Source: Chiloscyllium plagiosum
Taxonomy: Eukaryota
Length of the DNA stretch: 59,660 bases
Assembly: GCF_004010195.1 (NCBI RefSeq)
Contig: NC_057757.1
Span: 913,686-973,345 of the forward strand
Direction of reading: 5' to 3'
Made by a program: the position numbers and the translations under genes. Of this stretch, positions 25,027 to 37,200 are shown piece by piece; the stretch's first letter is position 1; each line of letters opens with the position of its first letter. The notes under the pieces were generated by a model that did not search any database, was not told the origin of the DNA, and worked only from the letters and a program-made list of their open reading frames with translations.

Positions 25027-25205
25027 ATGTGGAAATCCTCAATGCAGTGGATCTGGCTGGTAGCATCCACAGTGAATGGGATCCCATCCAGACACTGGTG
25101 ACAGACAACACAGGTAAAGCACTGGGGATGATAGGCTCGACCCATAGCTCGCAGGATCCTGTCCATGATAGCTTTGGAGCAAACGGAACACTGTTCCAGA
25201 GTGTT
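25027..25205 (-). CDS. TRIP6: TRIP6 coding exon 7, LIM domain 2
   Basis: NTLEQCSVCSKAIMDRILRAMGRAYHPQCFTCVVCHQCLDGIPFTVDATSQIHCIEDFH; ccccacAG acceptor, AT|GTACGT donor; 179 nt. Confidence 0.95.
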
Positions 25206-28200
25206 CTGTGGGGAAAGATAAAATCACACCATCACACCAAGCCAGCTCAAAGTGCATTCAATACAAGGCCACAGCTCTCAGATTGTCACTCCTTCCCGTT
25301 CAGCTGTTCCCATTCCCCACTCTCTTCCCCACCACCGTTCCTTGTCTCCAGCTGCCACTCTCACTGGTTTAAGGCAATCCTTTTTTCCTGGCTGTTAGAA
25401 CACCTTAAATCAACATGGTTCCACAGGTCTGGGAAGCCAGCCCTCACAGGAGGAGAAAGTGAGGTCTGCAGATGCTGGAGATCAAAGATGAAACTTTATT
25501 GCTGGAACAGCACAGCAGGTCAGGCAGCATCCAGGGAACAGGAGATTCGACGTTTCGGGCACAGGCCCTTCTTCACAGGAGCCCAGGCAGACAGGAACTG
25601 CTGGTTGAGAGTGCAGTGCTGGAAAAGCACAGCAGGTCAGGTAGCATCCGAGGAGCAGGAGAATCGACGCTTAGAGCATAAAGGAAAGGACTTATGCCCG
25701 AAACGTTATACTCATGCTCCTTGGATGCTGCCTGACCTGCTGTGCTTTTCCACCACCGCACTCTCGACTCTGATCTCCAGCACCTGCAGTGCTCACTTTC
25801 TCCTCGGGACTGCCGGTGCACCATCTGACAAAGGAATGGCACAGCAAGGTCTCTCAGACACTGGCCAGGCCCACATTCCAGAGCAATGCCAAGAAAGTAC
25901 TTGACTAAACACTGAATCAACAAGAACAAACTGTGCCTGTACTTTGGGATGAAGTACTTATGGAAGTGTAGTCATTGCTGGAACAGCAGAAACCACCTGC
26001 ATACAGCACGCTCCCACAAACAGTAAAACAATAATGATCCAGATCATACTTATTTACTTTAGTGACCATGTTTCTGTGGCTCACTGTCACAACAAAACTG
26101 GGTTCTGGTGTTGGTGTTCTTGTTAATCAGCACGCAGCCCCCCCATCCTCAGTCAGAATGTTGTGTCAGGATGCAATGTTCACACAGATACAGCGCCTTT
26201 TCACTGTGCTGCGAAAAGGAGCAGTAACAAGTAGCAGCCTCTAGAGATCACCGTTGGCCAGTGTTTGGCCATTGTGATGGCTGGCCCTACACACACAGTA
26301 ACCAGGTCTGTGCTATGTGAGTCAGACAAGGTGCACAGCACATTCACCACATCCAGCTGCATGCTACATACCTCGTAACCAACGGTAGGCTACATGCATG
26401 ATGCACAGATTGCAACCAACCGAGTACTGTGTACATCATAACTGACGTGCAGTTTGTGCACCGTAACCGGCCACGCGTTCCGCACACCGCAGCTGGCCGC
26501 CTGTCCCCCACGCCGTAGACGGCCGCCTGTCCCCCACGCCGTAGACGGCCGCCTGTCCCCCACGCCGTAGACGGCCGCCTGTCCCCCACGCCGTAGACGG
26601 CCGCCTGTCCCCTACGCCGTAGACGGCCGCCTGTCCCCCACGCCGTAGACGGCCGCGTGTCCCCTACACCGTAACCGGCCGTGTATTCTGTACACCGTAA
26701 CCGACTGTGTGTTCTGTACACCGTAACCGACCGTGTGTTCTGTACACCGTAACCGGCCGTGTGTTCTGTACACCGTAACCGGCCGTGTGTGGTACTTACG
26801 ATGTAACAGGACTCGCAGTATGACTTCTTGTCAATGGCGTAGAAGGGCTGGCCTCTCAATCGGCAGCGGCAGGTCATGCAGGTGAAACAATCGACATGAA
26901 AGACTTGGTCCATGGCAATGCAGCCAGTCCCATCTCCAACCACATTCTCCCCACAGCGAGCACAACGTCCTGCCAACGCAAGAATGAACAACGCTCAGAG
27001 GCACCAGCAACCACAGCAAGAAGAATCAATAACGTACAACTGACTGCCAACCAGACTGACCAAATAACTAACGAGCTAAGGGAACTCCTTCCCTTTAACC
27101 CTGGTACGGGTGGGGAATGGGCTGGGGGGAATGCATAAACATTTGATTTCTTCACCACTACATAACCTTAATGGTTAAGAACTATCGAGTCATTCTTGAA
27201 CTGATCAGGCTCCAGCTCTGGCTGGGCTCTGATGAAAAACCACCACAATTGAAACATTACCTCTGCTTTCACCCTAGACGCTGCCAGACCCTCAGAGTTC
27301 AACCAACAATTCCTGTTGCTGCTCCCTGCCCCATCCGTTCTGCTTTAGACAGCGAGATTACAACACTGCAAGGGACCATTGAGATCACTCAGCCTGTACT
27401 AGCCCCTCGAAAGCTATCCAGTGAAGACCCACCCACCCACAGGCCTTACTCCCACAAACCTTACAAATACTTCCCCATTGGTATTTATCCCACTCCTTTT
27501 TGGAACTTCCAACTGAATCTATTTTCACTGTTCCAGATCCTACCCTCACTTTCATCTGGTTTACCAGGGCAGCAATTGGCCCTTCATGATAGAGATGAGA
27601 AGAACGTTTTTTTCCCCTCCTCTCAGAGGGTGGTGTGGCTTGTGATTGTGTTCCAATCACAAAAATGATATCTGGTCGGCATGGACGGGTTGGACCAAAG
27701 GGTCTGTTTCCATGCTGTGCATCTCTATGACTCTTCACGTTAAAGAATTCCCATCTTGCCCTTGGGTTCTCCTGCCGATTCTCTTCACTATTTGTCCCTT
27801 TGTTTCCCGATCCTTCTGCTGCTGGGGTCAGTTTATCCTGATTCCACTTCCTCAGCTAGGACGGTGTGTGCTATTCATGCACCTCCCCTCCCCGCACAAC
27901 CTTTCACCCCCACCCCCTTCCACGCTACATGCGGGACACTCACCGAAATACTCCTCGGTCGGGGGGTTGTTCATGTCGTGGACCAGTTTCTTGGTGATCT
28001 GATCGAGCTCTTCCTCTGGCCTGCTGACTTGGGCCTGACCCCCTGCAGGAGGTCCGCATGGCGCCTGAGGACAGCAGAGACATTACTGACGTGAAGAGAC
28101 GGTCTGGAAGCAGTGTCCACTATTTGAAAGCCTCATTGACCCCAATGCTACTGCCTCACTACACTGCACGGATGCACACCTGGACTTTATCCCTACCACT

Positions 28201-31200
28201 TTCTTGCCCCGATGTAACTGGTTTCCTTCAGCCATTCGTGCTGTCTTGGGCAGCAGTTACTGCCCCTGAACTGAATGGCTGATGAGGCCGGGGGGTTGTT
28301 CACAAACACCACGCTCACTGTAAGGATGTGTGGAGGCCAGGCTGGGTAAAAGTAATCAGATGGGCTTTCACAGCAACTGTCAACAGTTTCCCATGCACCA
28401 TTCCCGAGAATTGCTTTCACTTCCAGAATATTTCTGCATTCAGATATTGGTTGGTCTCAGTACTTAGGCTTGAGGCTGGGCTTCTGGATTACTCATCCAG
28501 CAACACTGTCTCTACGTCAAATGTCTCTCTTTGTCAATCTCACCTTGTGGGTGGGGGTGGGGGGGGGCGAAAAAAGAGTTCCAGACTTGCCCTGCCCTTT
28601 GTGTGAGGGAGTGCTCACTGACATCATCCCTGGTTCCAGATCCCACCCTCACCTTCATCTGGTTTACCAGGGCAACAATTGGCCCTTGACGACAGAGATG
28701 AGAAGAACTTTCTTTTCCCCTCTCAGAGGGTTATGTGGCTCTGGAACACTCTGCTTCAGAAGGCAGTGAAGATGGGGGTGACTGAATATATTTCAGAGCA
28801 GGGTGGGTTAATTCCTGTTGTACAGAGGGTTCCAAGGTTATGGAAGTGCAAGCCGGGAATGTGGAATTCCAGATCAGCCAATCCCAGGAACCCTGCTGTC
28901 CTTACCTGTCTGGGCCGCATGTGACTCCAGATCCATAGCCATGTGGTTAAATAACCCAGCAACCTGTAAGCTATTTCAGCCAACTTAACAACTGAACTGT
29001 AGAGCATAAGGGGAGACCACTTGGCCCATCCAATCTGTACTTGCTATTTTGAAAGAGCTATTGAATTATCTATAACCTAGCTCCTTTCCTCTTTAGCTGT
29101 ACAATTTTTACCCTTACAAATAATTTCCCAAATTGCTTTTGAGAGTTCCCATTGAATCTGTTTTCATCAACTTTTCAGGCAACCCTCCAGATCAAAGCAA
29201 CTCACCACATCAAACAAATTCTCAAGTGCCCCTGGAGTTCTTTTGCTCATTCTCTTCAATCTGTGCTCCCATGCGAGCTCCTGACCTTCCTGTCACTGGC
29301 ACCCTCACTACATCCTAACCCCGATCAGACCTGACCAGCACCACCCTTAGCTCATCATACACAGCTTCCTGTAAGGCCGACGGCTAATAGCAGAGCAAGC
29401 ACAAATCTGGACTGAACACAAACCGAAGCTCATTCAAACCGCTGCTCTTCATCTCCCTGGTTATCAGTTACCACCTTCCCTTCATCATTCAAAACCCTCC
29501 ACGCATACACCCCTCCCTATCTCTATAATCCCCTCCAGCCCCTCCCTATCTCTATAATCCCCTCCAGCCCCTACACCCCCTCCCTATCTCTGTAACCCCC
29601 TCCAGCCCCTACACCCCCTCCCTATTTCTGTAACCTCCTGCAGTCCCACAAACCTCTCTGCCTCTGTAAACTCTTCCAATTCCAGCCTCTTTGACCATCC
29701 CCCGATTCCCATCACTCCATCATTGCTGGCCATGCCTTCAGCTGCCTGGGTCCAGAGCTCTGGCATTCCCTCCCGAAACTCTCCATCTCTCTCTCTCTCT
29801 CTCCTCCTTTTAAATACTCTGAAAACCACGTTTTTGGTCACCTATCCTAATATCAACCTTGTGCAACTATGTCAAATGTCCTTCCACACTCGCTCCTGTG
29901 AAGCACATTAAAGATTTCCTTTCTAACAGGCACATTGCAGTGGGTGGACCTGGTCTTACCTTCAGGTGGTGACTGGTGTTGGTTGGTGGAGGTGGCGGTG
30001 GTGGAGGGGGTAGTTCCTCACTGTAACTGCCCTTCTTGTTTCCTAATGGCTGGTATGCCTGTCCTGGCAATTTGGAGCCTCCTCCATAGAAGGAGTGCTC
30101 CGGTTTCCTGGCATTCCCGTACATTCCCTCAGGGCCGTAGGACGTGTCCGGGAGGCTGGGAGATCCCCCAAAGTGGGCAGGTGGGTACCAGTTCGGAGAG
30201 GCCTGGGGGGGCTCTGGGGCCTGAGGGACTGAAACGTATGCCAGCTCGGGATACCTGTGCTGTTGGGTTCGGTAGGCCGGCTCAGGGTGCTGGTGAAAGT
30301 AGGAGGGGGAGATCTGTCGTGGTGGGGGAGGCGCATAGGCTTGCTCGGCCTGGCGACCGGGCTGGGTGTAATTTAGCACTGGCTGGGCCACTTTGACCTG
30401 CACGTTGAAGGCTGGGCCCGTGGATGTCGAGGCTGTGGTGTAGGAAGCTGCCACAGGCTGAGGGTACGGTCTCGGAACAGAGGCTGAAGTGTAGGCCCCA
30501 GCCTGAGGCGAGGAGGCAGTGTTGTAGGCCCCAGGATGTGCTGAGGTGCTATAGGCTGGAGGGTGGGAGGTGTTGCCATAGGCAACTGGCCTAGAGGCAG
30601 AGTAGGCCTCAGCCTGCCCTGGTGCCTTTGTTGTCATGGTAACAGACGGCTGAGCCATGGGTTTGTACGTGGGCAGTTGTTTGGCTGGAATGTTGGCTGG
30701 TTGGGAATGATAGGGAGTCATGCCTGGAGCAATGCTACTGTCATAATTCTGCAAAAGAAAACAAAAATAAAGTGTTAGAGGCTTAAGAAAAATAATTACA
30801 TTCCCAATTAGAGAATAACAGTTACAATCCAAAGTCAAATCAGTCTCATGACAACTCTGTAACTGCCACTGACCATTTTCTCTGAATCAAAGGGCACTTT
30901 GATCTTATGATCCCATTAATCCTTTGGCCCTCAAGGTCAAAAACTTTAACCCTGTTAACCTTAGATCAGACTGACCTAGTGCCCCTCTAGGCCCTGGCTA
31001 ACCAAAGACCTGAGGCACCCATCAACTCGGTTATCCTATCGTCCTCACTGACATGGTGTCGCTGTTAAAATAAATCCACACACGTGGGTATCCCATCACC
31101 ATATCACCCTTTATTTACATTGACACTAATCCAGCCCTCTCAGAGTCACCTCTCAGAATGAACAGAATGTCTGACACTTCTGCTCTTATCTGTCAACCAG

Positions 31201-34200
31201 GGCTGAGGTCCAACTGGCTGACTTTGTCACAATCTCTACACGTGTCTCCCATCGACACAGTGCCCTTCTGACCCTCATCCACAATGTGATTCCAGGCCAT
31301 CTTGGCTTGGCGACCCATACTGAGCCGATGGCCTAGTGAGCCCCCTGACCCCGATGGCCTGAAACTCCCAGAGAACCTTCAGCTGCTGTCCTCTCACCTG
31401 TCTAGTCCGGGGTTGGAACGGTGAGTTATTCTCCATATCAGCCAACATGCTGGTCAACGAGTCAATCTCTGCGTCGATACTTGAGGGGCGATTCACAGGC
31501 TTCTCCAGAGGCCTTGTCTGTAAAACAAGACAGGGTTAAAGAGACATTTCCTGGTGTAGAAACTGTCTGGGTTGGCGGTGGGGAGTATCGATTGACCCTA
31601 CACAGGGTCAGTTCAGCTAACGTTCAATTAACACCCAACCAATTGACCCTGCTCTTATCTCACAACTCCTCAAATGCTTACCCTTCTCCAATACAAGTGA
31701 CTTGCATTTCGAAAATGCCTTTTGTTACCTCATGACACGTGAGGCAATTCACAGTAACTGGTGTTTCTTTGTGGTCACTCTTATACTGCTAGAAGTGTGG
31801 TGGCCGGTTTGCGCACAGCAAGCTTCCACAAATAGCAAAATGATAATGGCCACCTAATTTTTTTTGGCAATGTTGTTTCAAGGACAAACAGAAGACCCAG
31901 GACACTGAGGAGAGGATCTCAACTCATCCCCTGACCGACTCTTCTATAAAATAGCGGCCACTCAATATTTTTGCATTAACCTGGGAGAACAAACTGGGGC
32001 TTGGCCTCACCCAAAAGAGAGACAATGCGGTACTCTGTTTGGGGAACATGTATTTTTGGCTTTTAAGAACTGGAATATGGAACTGTTTGGACATTACTAG
32101 GTTGCAGGGGGTTTGCCATTTGACTTCTTGGGAGTCAGAAATGAAAGACAACTGTCAACTGGGGTAAGGCTAGGTCACTGAACCTGAAATGTTAACTTTG
32201 ATTTCTCTTCACAGATACTGCCAGACCTGTTGAGTTTTCCAGCAACTTCTGCTTTTGTTGCCAATTATTTGCTGTTTAGTGACAAAGCAAATAGTTTTGA
32301 GTGGAGATATCCCCAAAGCTTTTAAAAAGCCATACAAGATGGGTTTATGGCCTTAATTGCTGACAAACACTTTTGGAAACTGTCCTGTAGTGGAGTCTCA
32401 GGTAGATAGGATAGTGAAGAAGGCATTTGGTATGCTTTCCTTTATTGGTCAGAGTGTTGAGTACAGGAGTTGGGAGGTCATGTTGCGGCTGTACAAGACG
32501 TTGGTTAGGTCACTGTTGGAATATTGCACGCAATTCTGGTCTGCTTCCTATCGGAAAGATGTTGTGAAACTTGAAAGGGTTCAGAAAAGATTTACAAGGA
32601 TGTTGCCAGGGTTGGAGGATCTGAGCTATAGGGAGAGGTTGAACAGGCTGGGGCTGTTTTCCCTGGAGCATCGGAGGTTGAGGGGTGACCTTATAGAGGT
32701 TTATAAAATCATGAGGGACATGGATAGGGTAAATAGGCAAGGTCTTTTTCCTGGGGGGTCGGGGAGTCCAGAACTAGAGGGCATAGGTTTAGGGAGAGAG
32801 GGGAAACTTTTTCACGCAGAGGGTGATACGTGTATGGAATGAACTGCCAGAGGAAGTGGTGGAGGCTGGTACAATTGCAACATTGAAAAGACTTCTGGAT
32901 GGGTATATGAATAGGAAGGGTTTGGAGGGATATGGGCCGGGTGCTGGCAGGTGGGACTAGATTGGGTTGGGATATCTGCTCGGAATGGATGGACTGGACC
33001 GAAAGGTCTGTTTCCGTGCTGTACATCTCTATGACTCTTAAGTACTGAGGATTGGACTTCCTCACATAAACAGATGGGGAGATCGGGGGCTGGGGGATTG
33101 TCAATTCAAGATTGAGAATAAGATTTTGGTTGGGAGTAAAGATAAGGCACCAAACAAGGTAGATTCAGATTCGCCATGTTTAAACTGAATGCGAGGACAG
33201 GCTAGAGGGTCTGAAAGGCCTCATCCTGCTCCTGAAATCTTCCCACAATTATTCGTTCCAATGTAAAAACGGAGCTTCATTACCTTTAATAAAGTCTGTC
33301 TGTTCTGAAGATCATCAAGACAATGCTGTTATTATTTGGGAAGGAAGCTATTCTTAATATCAAAGTAAGAATCAATCAGTAACAGTTTTTAAAAATCTGA
33401 AGCACCGTGGATGCTGGAAATCTGAAACAAAAACTGAAATTGCTGAAGAAACTCAGCAGGTCTAGCAGCATCTGTGGAGAGAAAGCAAAGTTAATGTTAT
33501 GGTACCAGTGACCCTTCTTCAGAACTGATGGTTACTGTCACTTGGTCACAGGGCCCAAAACATTAGATTAGATTAGGTTCCCTACAGCATGGAAACAGGC
33601 CCTTCGGCCCAACAAGTCCACACCGACCCTCTGAAGAGCAACCCACCCAGACCTATTCCCCTACATTTACCCCTGACTAATGTACCTAACACTATGGGCA
33701 ATTTAGCATTGCCAATTCACCTAAGCTGCACATCTTTGGACTATGGGAGGAAACCGGAGCACCTGGAGGAAACCCATGCAGACACGGGGAGAATGTGCAA
33801 ACTCCACACAGACAGTTGCCCGAGGTGGAAATTGAATCCAGGCCCCTGGCGCTGTGAGGCAGCAGTGCTAACCACTGAGCCACCCTACTTTCTCTGCCAT
33901 AGATGCTGACAAGCAGTTTTTAGCTGTTTAAAATGGCTCCCTCCTTCATGTGCTCACAGTTATCACTGAATACAGTCTGAATGGATCCTTAAGACCTAAT
34001 ATAATGAGGGAACAATTGATGGATACATTAAGTAAGGGTTAATTGGATGTGAATTTGTTTTTAAAAAATATAGGGAGCTAGTAATCAGGGCTGGGGATAG
34101 AGTTTTAAGGAATATGATTAACTGAAATAAAGCTCTCACTAAAACGTAGACATGGACTCTGTTTAAAATCCAGTTTATTTTCTACTATCTAATGCACACA

Positions 34201-37200
34201 CTGCAATAATTCAGTATGCGCTGCCGACCAGAGTCGAACAGCCTTGTTGTTACCCTGTCCACTGCCTCAGCTGGAAGACAGCCATGTGAATTCAGCTCCC
34301 CATCCATGGTGGGATCCTCACCTGTGTCTCATGGGGCACCTGTGGTTGTGCCTGACTCCATGACACAGGGGTCCGCTCCTCCCTGGCTCCTGACCCCGGG
34401 GGGTAGCGATGCTCAGCAGACATGGTTGTCGAGGGCTGGAACAACCCAGAACCTTCGGCAGGCGCCTGCAATTCTAGTCCTGTCGGAAAAGACCAGGAGT
34501 GTGATTATCAGAGTGTTCCCTGTGGCCATGGAATTGTGTGATGTGTTTGGGGCATGCAAGTGTGTGTGCGGTCTGTATGTATGTATGGGCACATGGATAC
34601 GTATGTACATGTGTGGGCATCTCTACGTTTGTGGTGTGGGAGCCTGTGTGTAGGACATTGTGTGCACATGTGGGACATATTTCTCATTCTCCAGCCACAG
34701 CACAATTCCTCAAAAACCTCTCAAACCCCAGCTACCATTGTAATATAGAGATCACATATTTTATACAGCAAGCTCCCACATGAAAAGCAACAATTAATGA
34801 TACAGGATGAGGAATAAACATTTGCCCATGACAACAGGAAAAGCAGCTTTTCATAGAAACAGAAACTCTGTGTAGGAGCAGGCCGTTCGATCCCTCAAGC
34901 CCACTCCACCATTCATCATGATCACTTTGCTCAGTACTCTAGTCCTCCCATAGACCATGTTGCATTTAGCTATTCTACCTCCTCCTTGAGAACACAATGC
35001 TTCGGCCTCAACCACCTTCTATGGTCATGAATTCCACAGGCTGTCCACTCTCTGGGGGAAGAAATCTCTCCTTATCTCAGTCTTTAAACGTTTACCCCTT
35101 ATCCTTAAGCTACAAGCCTGGTTTTGGACTACCTCACCATCAGGGACACCCTTCCTGTCTCTAACCTGTCTAGACCTGGTAGAATTTTACAGGTTTTGGC
35201 CTCAACTGTGATCTTGGCTTCATGTCGTGCGACATGTGACCCCACCGTACTGTTTCTGTATCTATAAAATCTTCCTTACTCTCCTGTTTCGACACCATCA
35301 CCTTGATATGTTGTTAGGATTGCTCTGCCTTAAATAGTTTGTACTGTTTGGATTACTTGCCATTTTGGTTAGACCCTCAACTCTAATACCCACCATGTAA
35401 TTCCAGCCACTTGGTTTGTCTCCAGCACCACCTTGTTTTCATTTTTCTTGTGATTATCTCTCTGCCTCAATTAATTGGATTATAGTTCATCCCCTTACCT
35501 TGCTATTCAGCTGTTGACACTTTTAATCACCTGCAGTGACTTATCATTCAATCTGTCTTAACTCCATTCACACCATTCGGATGATCTTTTGATCTCTCCG
35601 CTATAAATTCTGTGTCTATGTGCCACTCTGCACTTCACCTCCCGATGATGGGGCAGCACTCTGAAAGCTTGTGAGTTCAAATAAATCTGTTGGACTATAA
35701 CCTGGTATCGCGTCACTTCTGCCCCTCAGCGCTAACCCTCCGACAGTGCGGCGTTCTCTCAGCGCTGACCCTCCGACAGTGTGGAGCTCCCTCAGCGCTG
35801 ACCCTCCGACAGTGCGGAGCTCCCTCAGCGCTGACCCTCCGACAGTACGGTGCTCCCTCAGTACTGACCCTCCGATCGTGCCCACTCCCTCAGCCCTGAT
35901 CCTCTGACAGTGCGGCGCTCCCTCAGTGCTGACCCTCCGACAGTGCGGCGCTCCCTCAGTGCTGACCCTCCGACAGTACGGTGCTCCCTCAGTACTGACC
36001 CTCCGACAGTACGGTGCTCCCTCAGCACTGATCCTCTGACAGTGTGGCACTCCCTCAGTACTGACCCTCCGACAGTGCAGTGCTCCCTCAGCACTGACCC
36101 TTTGACAGTGTGGCACTCCCTCAGTACTGACCCTTCAATGTTGCAGTGCTCCCTCAGCACTAGCAACTGAGGCACTGCTCTGGATTGAGTGTTGAAGTGT
36201 GGTGTGGAACTTTGCTCAGCACCTTCAATCCAACAGGCAAAAGTCTTAGCAACTGATCCTCCTTTATGTAAACATTCACTACTGGAATTTCAACTGCCTT
36301 GGGAGAATGGGAAGCTTTTTGAGTGTTCTGCAAACCTAATGCAGGAGGAACCTGGGATAAGGGCGGGATGATGAATCACCATAAGCTAAAACAGCAGCCT
36401 TTTTGATTTCATTGGGAAAGCAGGCTTACTGGGTTGGAACTGACAGCTAGCCTCAGAGTGCGTCATCCCTTCAATCTCTGCACACAATTTCTTCAATCTC
36501 TGCATGTCCTTGTAAGGAAAGCGATTCCTTTAGCAGAAGTGGAATTTTCCAGACATGCCAAGGGGATTAACCCTTGCAGAACTAAGCACAGAAACCACCT
36601 GTGTATACTGCTGACTTGCACAGTTCACCATCTTTGCCTGGCAAGCCTACTTGGAGCTGGCCAACTTCAGCTATCAGCTTATCCTCCAATCATTGGCTCG
36701 TTGCTTGTCCAAGAGGGAAAAATATGTCAGTAACATCCTCGAATCCGGATAGTGCTCCAGTCTCTCCAAGGGGTGGGAGCTAGTGCTAAGCAGAATCCAG
36801 GATAACACAGGGGAAATATTTCAGTTCTTTAACTTTAAATGAAGTCTGAAAATTCCAAAAACAATTCCAAATGAAACCATGACGACAGGGATAGGTCCAA
36901 AATTGGGGAAGGGAAAGCTTAGGCATGCCAGCACAGTCCAACGCACGCACATACATGTCGTAGACACAGACATATACACGCATTCAGACATTGGCAAGAC
37001 ATGTACATGCACATAGGGACATGAATGCAAACACACACGTGGACACAGACACACACAGATGCCAACAGACATGTGCATGCACACACAAAGATACACAGAC
37101 AAATCAACATTTGGGTGGATGTAAAAGAAATCCCATGGCACTACTGCAAAGAGGGAATTCCCCCACAACCTTGGGGCAATACTTACCTCTCAACCAACAT

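Noticed and set aside
25029..25904. 291-aa plus-strand ORF
   Set aside because: It is antisense to the TRIP6 LIM2 exon and runs through two Penelope-like termini; a chance open frame.
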